Notes under the pieces: model-generated | The model's database searches: none | Told to the model about the DNA's origin: nothing | What the model saw: the letters and a program-made list of their open reading frames with translations, nothing else | In this document: piece by piece, positions 54,833 to 64,000 of the stretch | Position numbering within the stretch: position 1 is the stretch's first letter | Layout: each line of letters opens with the position of its first letter | DNA from: Cenococcum geophilum | Lineage: Eukaryota | Assembly: GCA_050273025.1 (NCBI GenBank) | Contig: CP158636.1 | Location: forward strand, 6,944,001 to 7,008,000 | Direction of reading: 5' to 3' | DNA: 64,000 nucleotides | Position numbers and translations under genes: made by a program

Positions 54833-54916
54833 GGTCCTCGAAATCGGACTCTGCACCTGTACGTGGTGAGGCCTACGAACCTACTGGTCTTCGGACTCAG
54901 TAGAGCCAACGCAGAG
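54833..54916 (+). ncRNA. Putative HDV-like self-cleaving ribozyme
   Basis: P1 GGTCCTC/GAGGCCT (G1.U wobble, one mismatch); P2 CTCTGC/GCAGAG; P3 ACC/GGT; L3 TGTACGT; P1.1 GT/AC; P4 CTACTGGTC-TTCG-GACTCAGTAG; J4/2 AGCCAAC. Confidence 0.72.
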
Positions 54917-55849
54917 ACGTCGCACAGCTACGGATAGGACCTGGTGGTGGTTGTGAGCGTTCTGGGCGGTGGTGAAAATTTTTTAGATGGTGAGATCTCG
55001 AAAACCACTACTGTTGGCCCTCTACAATTCAGCTACACTGTTCTCCTATTCTAACCCTGTGTAATCCTCGCGGATACATACAGAATTTAACGTCCCCCGA
55101 CCCCCAATTAAAAGCATCGACGACCTTATATTAACGAACGAACGCGGACGAATAAACGAACGAATAAGTAAATATACGGCCCCTCCTAACCCCCAGGGCG
55201 ATCGCCCGCGGAGCATGCGGTTACTCGCCATCAACTATTAAATACTAGAAAAAACCTGGCAGCCTGGACGACACCGTACGGTTTTCCTGTCTCCTCTTAA
55301 GGAGTAGTGACCCTTGGCAAGGGCCTAGTGACTGGGGCCTAGGCATAAAAGATACCCAGGCATATACGTCCCGCTCGCCTTATAGTATAGTGTGGTGGTA
55401 GTTTATGGATAAATCCCCCTTACGCCTTCGATAGGCCCTAGGGGGGGAGGTATGGCGTATATGGCAATGGTTAATAAGAGATAGCACACAGGGGACGGTT
55501 AATAATATGGGAAACGATAATAATAATACACGGCGATCGATCGGCAAGGCCTGGCTGGGACGTAGTGAACCCCAGCTTAGGATAAGCTAGAGAGGGAAGC
55601 AGTGGTACCTAAGGAGTTTAAAACATCCAAGGAGACAGGACGTAGCCGTAGGCCCGCAGGGCCGCCGCTATGGACGGACATGGCAAATCGGGGTTTTTTA
55701 TCCTACTGAGGTGGCTTATAGGGTTTTTCCTCCCCCAACCCAACTGCAGGGTTTTCTTCCTGTAAATACACAAGTTTTCCCCCTGTAACGGAGGAGTCTG
55801 CGTAGGCCTAGATAGGATCCGTATCAGACGTTAATCAAAGAATTACTAC
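54833..55849 (+). mobile_element. Non-coding SINE-like (LINE-mobilised) insertion, 1017 bp
   Basis: 13-bp TSD TATATAGTTGGCA (54820-54832 and 55850-55862); 3' end ...GACGTTAATCAAAGAATTACTAC with a TAC-type tail; GC-rich relative to the flanks; no retroelement ORF. Confidence 0.85.
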
Positions 55850-58800
55850 TATATAGTTGGCATCTAGTAAAAGTTTAGAAGTTAGGAAACTTAATACTTT
55901 AGCCAGAAAGATTCCTTACGGAAGAATATCTAGATAGATAACAGTAGTAGGAGTGCCTAGAGAATACGTATCTATAGCATATTAAGGATAAAAATCGAAC
56001 TAAGTATTAGCTAAGGATAGACTAAGTATAAACAGGATTAAGTAGCTAACAGTTAGGAAAAGTAGAGGCCTATAGGACTAGAGGGAACTAGTAGTAGAGC
56101 CTTAAACCCTTAAAGGAATTTAAGGACAACACCTAAATTTACGAGTTAAATAGCAAAATCGACAGTTTGAGGTATTAATAGATAGTAAAGCAATAAGAAA
56201 CCATATCTCGCCAACAGCAGTTAAAAGGATAGGTTTACCACATAAGAAAAAGGAGCACCCTTACCTATTAGTAACAATTTTAGAAGATCTAATAGCCTAT
56301 AGAGGAGGGATTATTAATCTAAAAATAGGACCTATTTAGTTAACTATTATAGGGAGATAAATCGAGATATCTTTTAATATATTACTATTAGGGAATAATA
56401 AGGTAGTACTAGGAATGCCTTAGTTACAGAAATACAATCTAAAAATCGATTAGGTTATAGGTTAGGTTAATATTAGGGATACTTAGTAACGTAAGATATA
56501 ACAATAAACTAAGATAGTATAGTACTAAGTTAGAGTAATATATAAAGAGACTAAGCGAGGCTTAAGTTACGTACCAAAAAGATACTATAAGTATGGCAAG
56601 AAACTATAGTCACTAAAAAGTAAGAAGCTGTTAGAATATATAGCATAAAACTATAAGATAGAATTAGAACCAAGAATAAGTCTAAGGTTCTTTCTAATCT
56701 ATAAGCTTACTAAAGAAGAAGGGAAAGCATTAAAAGAGTTTATCTAAGAAAACCTATAAAAGGGATATATCAGACCATCGCAGTTATTAGTAGGTTATTT
56801 AGTACTATTTATACTAAAAAAAACGGCAAACTAAGGCTATATGTCGACTATAGATAGTTAAACAGCATTACTAGAAAGGATAAATATCCTTTACCCTTAA
56901 TTAGCAAAATCCAAGACAGAATAGGTAACGCGTAAATCTTTATAAAGATAGATCTAAAATAGGCGTACTATTAGATTAGAATTAAGAAAGGCAATAAATA
57001 TAAGGCAGCCTTTAGGTCAAAGGAAGGACTATATAAACTATTAGTTATGCAATTCGGGCTTATAAATATACTAGCAACATTCTAAAAGCATATCAATAAT
57101 ATATTAGAAGAGCACTTAGATAAATTTATTATAGTATATCTTAATTATATTATTATCTACTTAATAACTAAGGAAGAGTATAAAGAACACGTTAAATAGG
57201 TCTTAAAGAGACTATAGGAAGAACAGATACTAATAATAATTAAAAAATGCGAGTTCTTTACTAGGAAGACCGATTTCGTTAAATTTATTATTAAACTAGG
57301 CTAAGTTAGTATAAATCTAAAGAAAATTAAGGCTATAGTAAATTGGCAAGAACCAGAAAACATTATATAGTTAAGATTATTCCTAGGGTTTTGCAATTAC
57401 TATAAAAGGTTTATAGCGTAATAGTTAAAGGATATTAAACCATTTACGCGATTAATAAAGAAAGAAGAACTATAGGTATAGGGAGAGGAATAATAAGAAC
57501 TCTTTAGGAAAGTTAAAGAGTTATTTACCTAGGAGCCAGTTTTTAAGATCTATTAACTAGGATTAGAAATAGTCGTAGAAATAAATACATCGGACTATAT
57601 ACTAGGGGCATACTTTATATAGAAATATTAAGATGGATAGCACCTAGTAGTATACTATAGTTGGAAGATAATACTACTAGAGTTAAACTATAATATCTAC
57701 AACAAGGAGTTATTAGGTATAGTTATAGTATTAAAGGAATAGAGAGCATTCTTACAAGGCATAGAAAAACTATTTATAGTTAAGATAGATTATAAGAACC
57801 TAACAGGATTCCTAATAATAAAGGAACTTAACTAAAGACAGGTTAGATAGGCAGAGATGCTTATAGAATACTATTTTAGGATTTAGTATACTAAGGGTAC
57901 AGATAACACGCAAGTAGACGCTCTAAGTTATAAAGCTAAACTACAAAATAAGGAGAAGCTATTAGGGGCTTTACTACAAAAAGATACAGACGGATTAATT
58001 AGATACAATTATCTAAAAATTATAGCAACTTAGGAAGAACTAGAAAAAGTTTATAAGTTACTAGAGAGCTTTTAGGCATAAAGGATTCTAAAAGCACAGC
58101 TAGAAGATTTATAGGTAGATATATATAAGAATTAAGAAGCGATATATATTCTAAGAAGTATAGCAAAACACTTTATAGAAGACTTCTATAAAGGAATAAC
58201 TTAAGGATATAATAGAGCTATAAGCTTAGTATTAAGACTCTAAGAGGAGTATATTATTAACAGAATTTAGGGCTTAGCGCGAAAAGTTATAAAGGAGTAT
58301 CTAGATTGCTAAAGAAATAAATTAATAAGATATAAGCTATATAGAGGGCTATAACCTATTAAAATACTAGAGAGACTATAGAAGGTCATATTATAGGACT
58401 TTATTATTAAGTTACTAAAGTTAAGAAATCCTATTACTAGATAAGATTATAATATAATCTTAGTAATAATAGACAAGCTTATAAAGTGGGGATACTTTAT
58501 AGTATATATAGAAGAAATATTAGCAGAAGATGTCGCTAGAATCTATATTAAAGAAGTATTTATAAGATATAGAGCACTAAACAAGATTATATTAGATAGA
58601 GATTTAAGATTCATAGTAGCATTCTAAGAGGTATTTTTAGCGGAATAAGGAGTTAGAGCAGTAACTTCTACTGCATATTATCCGCAAACAGATAGTTAAA
58701 CGGAAAGACTAAATTAGACACTAGAGTAGTATTTAAGGCACTATATTAATTACGCGTAGAATAATTAGGTATTACTATTACCAGTTATATAGTTTATATA

Positions 58801-59007
58801 TAATATAACACTATAAGAAGGAATAGGTATATTACTATTTAAGGCGAATTACAGATACGAGCCAAGAATATTACTATCGCTATATTAAGTAAAGAAGATA
58901 AGTAGTATAGCTAAGTAAAAGATAAAGATGTTAATAAATCTTTATATAAACCTTATAGAATTAGCGAAGAAAGTATAAGAGAGAATAAAAAGTACTATAA
59001 TACTAAG

Positions 59008-62000
59008 TGTTGGGAATAAAGGCAAATGGTCACCATATGAGGCATATTGCCGTCACGTGTGGCAAGTTGCCATCACGTGCCGCCGCGGCACTAGCGTGGT
59101 GAGGAACCTTAAGTTCCTTACCCCTTTCTTTAAGAATATAAGAATAACAATTATCATACTATCTACGAACCGTAGCTACGTGATATCCCCTTGTGAGTCC
59201 AACACTAATTAGTGGTTAACTTCACAGTTATACTATAGAATAGCTAGGTTTTCACCAAGAAGAGATAAGCCACTATACCAGTGCTACTTGTACTAAAGGA
59301 AGCTGTCTTTTAAGGTTAGAACTGGTCCTAAACCTTAAATAGAACTCTTCTATAAATCTAAGGATTTAAAGGCCAGAACTGGTCCTAAGCCTTTCTAAGA
59401 TTACGGATTCTTGCGTCTATTACGCAGAATAATACGCTTTACGAGTCTTCGCAATTTAAGGCCAGAACTGGTCCTAAGCCCTATAATCGCAAATATACGT
59501 CACAAACGCGTACTAAATAACAATCCCTATACTACTAATATTCCCTTCCTCCAAAGACATAACTATGGCTACTTTAAACGACTAGAGAGACTCCTTACTA
59601 TTAGGGGTAGCTACATACGCAAAACTCATTAATAAAGATTAGGACGTATTTACCTTTAATATAATAACCTATACCGCAAAATAAGTTAACGGCTTTCTCC
59701 TATACCATATTCTATTCTACTAAGATAGCTACTACGCCGATTTACAGTTATAGGAATACTTTAGGGAGGATTTTATAGGATGGACCGCCGACACCTAGGT
59801 ACTTAGCAATATTAATATTATTTAGGATTTTTAAGACTCCCTCTAAAGGAATAAGGTGTATATTACTAAGGACAGTAACCCAATTACTAGTAATATTTAC
59901 GCCGTTCTTACTAGTATAAAAGAACCAGTATAGACGGAAGCTAAGATTATACGTTAACTACGGAAACCTAAAACCAACCTATATTCTTTGGAAGGCAACT
60001 TTAATTCGGAACGAAACCCCTAAAACGCTACTCTCCCACCTAAAGGTGCTCTACTACCTAAAGGTGCTCTTCCTCTACCTTTACCACCTCTAACTCCTCT
60101 ATCCTAGCCAACCGATAAGCCTCTATTTTAAGAAGTCACGAATCTAATAAAGGTATATTTAAATGAAGAGAAGAAGTTTAGAGGAGAATTGTATAATATA
60201 CTCGGAGCAAAACTACAGGTCTTTTATAACTGCTGTAATAAGGTCGGAATTTAACGCCACCAGTTCTATCATGCTTTCTCTATTATATTAAAGGGACAGG
60301 CGGCAACGTTCTATTATGACCATATCGTAGGTAAAAACTATAGCTTTAATATAATGCTTTAGCTTACTAGAGCCCACTTTAAAACCAACAAAAACCGCTA
60401 ACTCTATATATCCGAATAGCAGGAGACTATATTCTAGAGAGTTATCGCTTCTAACTTAACAATGACTCGCCTAGAGTGTCTTTAACTACTCTTTAATAAA
60501 CTCTAGAAAATCTAATATGGACTTACCAAAACTTACTAAAATAAGAACAGCCTAAGGGACTAGGTTATCTTAGCATGCCGTGGCGTTCCTAAGTGTAACT
60601 TAGCGCTATATAAACCTATAGACACGTTTAAAGGAGTATATACTGAGCTACGCTCCGCCATAGGTACTGCAATACGAATATAAGAATCTCAATAGCTCTA
60701 TACCGAAAGCCCTACCTAACTAAGCGTTCTTAACTAACACGATTATAACTAGACTAATTAAATATATGGCGGCTGTAGTAGGGAATACGGCAAAGGGTAC
60801 GATTAACGTCGACTATAAGGTAATTATAAAGGTCCTTATAGAGGTTCATTTTGAAGTAATTGCCAGAAGAAGTGCTATATTTATAAGAAGCCAAATTGCT
60901 AGTTAACTAGACACTCCCTTAATAAGCGAAAAGAGGCATATAATAAGTTCTGTTAGAGTATAAGAAACGTCAGAAATTATAAGGTTACTGCGGCCTACTT
61001 CTAAAGCTTTCTGGTTTAATACGAAGGCGTAGAAGACCTTAAGGGTGAGGTTAATAAGACCGAATAGCTCCTTATAGATATGGAAATTGAGGACTACTTA
61101 CCTAACCAATACTTTACTGAGTATAGTGAGGTAAATAGTATATAAACCGTCGCTGTTCTTAATAACTAATCTACGCTCCATTTTATCACGAAGTTAGATA
61201 TCTTTAACGAGCCAAAGGAGAGCTCCGCGTTTTCCTTTGATAATAGATACTTAGCGAACGTCTTTTATGGTATTATACCGGATACTAGAGCCGCAGAAGT
61301 ATCTACAGTAGGAGAACCTTAAGTTTGAGCCCTTTAGCAGCTTAATAGCTTTGTTTAGATTAACTATTTAACGGTAGGCTAACACACAATTCGTTTTAGT
61401 AAAGGTACTATAATCTCTCTCGGCATAATTAGGGTTTAAACCCCCTTAGGGTATATTACTTTTCACGTTGTTCCCACAAACACCCCATTTCTATTTTGCA
61501 TTAGAGATATAGATAAACTAGGCATTAAGCTTAATAACCTTAAGAATATGCTTATGTAGGGAGATAATCGGGTGCCTATTATACGTAAGTAGGGTTACCC
61601 TTAGCTGCTCCTTTAATAACCAGAAAAGAGTATTACTTAGAGCTATTTAACTAAGTTAGAGTTACGCTAACTACACCGTCGTTTTAGTCACCCATTAATT
61701 CACCAATTACTTAGGGTTCTTTAGCGAGTAGGCTATAAAGTTAAGGTTAAGGCAATTAAGTATCTTATAAAATACTGCTACTACTACCAAATAAACCAGA
61801 GGTCCCCTAGCCGATTTAAGTTTACCCTTAAAGATAACTATAACTTTAACTTCTATATTATTGTTAACGTTATATACCTTAGCAGCAAGCTAGTACTCTA
61901 AGTTGTTAACTTCTTAACCTCCTTCCAAGCCGCACGATTCTTAAAGGATATATCAGCTAAGAATATATGGGATACCCTTTAGTTATATTGGATTAATGTC

Positions 62001-64000
62001 TACCTAGGACCCCCTAATCAAATCGTCCACAATATAGGAAAGAACTTCTTATCTATAGAGTTCCGACAATAAATAAAGGCAATGGCAATTAAGGTTAAGG
62101 AAGTCCCTGTTAAGGCATATAATAGTATCAGAAAAGTAGAGTAATATTACACGCCATTACGCCGCGCATATAAGATTATCTCTTTAGAACTAAAGGATGC
62201 TAGCGAAGAACTTACCTTATAAATGGCTATTAAAGCTATTAACGATTCCGCTGGCCCGGATGAACTTATACCTACATTACTAGTCTTTAGCGCCTACCCT
62301 TAAATAACTAACAATTCTCTACTATCTCCCTTTATTATATAATGAGCTAAGGCTATTTATAAAGCAACGAAGGAGGTATGACGTCTATACGCTACGCGCC
62401 AGGTTAATAACGCACTAGGAATAAGAAATAGCCCAAATACCTTGACTATGCTTAATCTGCCACTCCAATCTAAAGTACGGGTATGGCGTAAAAAGGGAGG
62501 ATGGTTAGGCCCATATAAACTTATTGCAATTAATGGTTAAACTTATACTCTTTAGATGCCCTATAGACCTACTTAATTCCGTTTAACTGTTATTAGGCCC
62601 TACTATAAAGATAACAGTTCTGAGCCTTTATAGGATGCCCCAGAAGATACCCTAGAAGATACCCTAGAGGAGAACCATAATTAACATGCCCTAGAAGGCG
62701 ACTGTAATCCTAATATAATTATAGTAGACGTGCCGCAACTATAACGCGGTAAAGGTTACCCGAAGGGATCATAAAATTACTAACATCTTATTAATTTTAA
62801 AGAGCAATTCGTTGCTGCTATAGAGAGTAGAGTCAAGTTATTAATGGCCTTTATAACAGCCAAAGAGAAGGCTGACTTTAAGCTCGCAAAATAGCTCCAA
62901 AAGGAAGGTCGTATTATAACCCTAGGAGCTCCTTTCCAAGCATCCGACAAGCAGGAGATCGACGGTCTTATTATAAGAGGAGTCTTTAAATTTAAGAAAT
63001 ATAACCCTACTAAGTTTAATGGAGTTCGCATCTTTAAGTTAAGAATGGTTAACGAGATTAAGGGCAAAGCTACTGACGCCCTATTTGAGAAATTAAGGCT
63101 TATTATCTAAGGTTACAACAATAATAGCAAAGAGATAATTCTTATACAATCTCCTATAATTCAACGAGCTAGTTAGCAAGTTATTGTTGTATTAGCTCCC
63201 TCCTTAATAAAGAATAGAATAGCAGTTTATTTGCGAGATATTACTTAAGCCTACACCTAATTAGAGACGCACCTTTAGCGCTTAATATTAGCATACCTTC
63301 CGGAGCAAATTCGCCACCAGTATCCTAAAGACACGATCATAGTTGTGCTTAAGCCATTATATAGAATCGCAGAGGCAGGAACTCACTAGTAGGCTACCTA
63401 CAGTAAGCACCATAAAGAGAAGCTTTTAATAACTACTTCTATATTTGATTCCTGCTTCCTTATTATAACCACGGGAACCCCATTTGGAATTGTCGGTATA
63501 CAAACTAATAATATAATTATCTTAGGAGACGACCAATTCTTAGCTCTTAAAGAGGATAAGCTAGTAAAGGTAAATCTTATAGCAAAGCTAAAGGAAAAGC
63601 TTAACTTAACAATACCATTACTCTTTAATGGATGCATCCTCTCCCTAAACGAGGATTCCATTACTTTACGCCAGAAGGGTTAAGGTAAGAAGATTAATAT
63701 TATTAACGTTAATTCCCTAAAGCAAGGATATATAGAGCAACGCGCTCGCGAAGCTTATATTGCTTCTATCTATTAACCTAAGGCTTTATTTAATCTCTCC
63801 GTTGCCGCCTAATACTAGGAACTAACTAAGGACGACGTTCTTGCCCTAAATAAACGTCTTTTCTGGTAAATAAACCATCTTAATTAGGGACTACTCTATA
63901 TACCTATTAATCTTCCTACCGCTAAGCTCTTTATATTTATTAATAGATCGTTTACAAATAATAAAGATTTTAGCTCCCAGTTAGGATATAAGATCATTAT
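59008..64000 (+). mobile_element. Copia (GalEa-like) element A2; 5' LTR at 59008-59204; runs off the window within RT/RNase H
   Basis: Same family as A1 but less mutated; de-RIP motifs IPDTGAA, AINDSAGPD.L.PTLLVF.AYP, KPLYGIAEAGTHW and GMQTDD; inserted after the G2 integrase core. Confidence 0.93.

Larger units (their letters stand above)
51644..59007 (+). mobile_element. Ty3/Gypsy element G2; 5' LTR at 51644-52044; interrupted by a SINE and by Copia A2
   Basis: LTR TATTACG (RIP of TGTTACG)...CGTTACA. gag with CYKCRKQGHFARDC (~53090), protease LIDSGA (~56175), RT LRLCVDYRQLN...YLDDIIIY (~56830-57160), RNase H, integrase TAYHPQTDGQTERLN (~58670). Confidence 0.92.

Overview
This is a gene-free, AT-rich block of nested transposons from a filamentous ascomycete (Pezizomycotina). 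All coding regions are broken by RIP-type C>T/G>A mutation (TAA/TAG replace CAA/CAG/TGG), so they were read by mentally reversing RIP. From left to right: (1) a minus-strand Gypsy element interrupted by a Copia LTR and two complete GalEa-like Copia elements; (2) a degenerate repeat tract holding a 218-bp palindrome and a Fot1/pogo transposon, whose TIR is split by an AcademH-like RecQ-helicase derivative with a 9-bp TSD; (3) a foldback MITE; (4) a ~20-kb candidate giant CMC/Plavaka transposon (22578-42528; 14-bp TIRs, 2-bp TSD) carrying a Plavaka transposase, a SNF2-family ATPase and several unidentified genes; (5) a Copia > piggyBac > Gypsy > (SINE, Copia) nest. The most notable items are the giant Plavaka element, a ~1-kb SINE-like insertion whose first base is G1 of a well-fitting HDV-like ribozyme fold, and a 62-bp covarying hairpin module shared, in both orientations, by three Copia families. 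No intact host gene was found.
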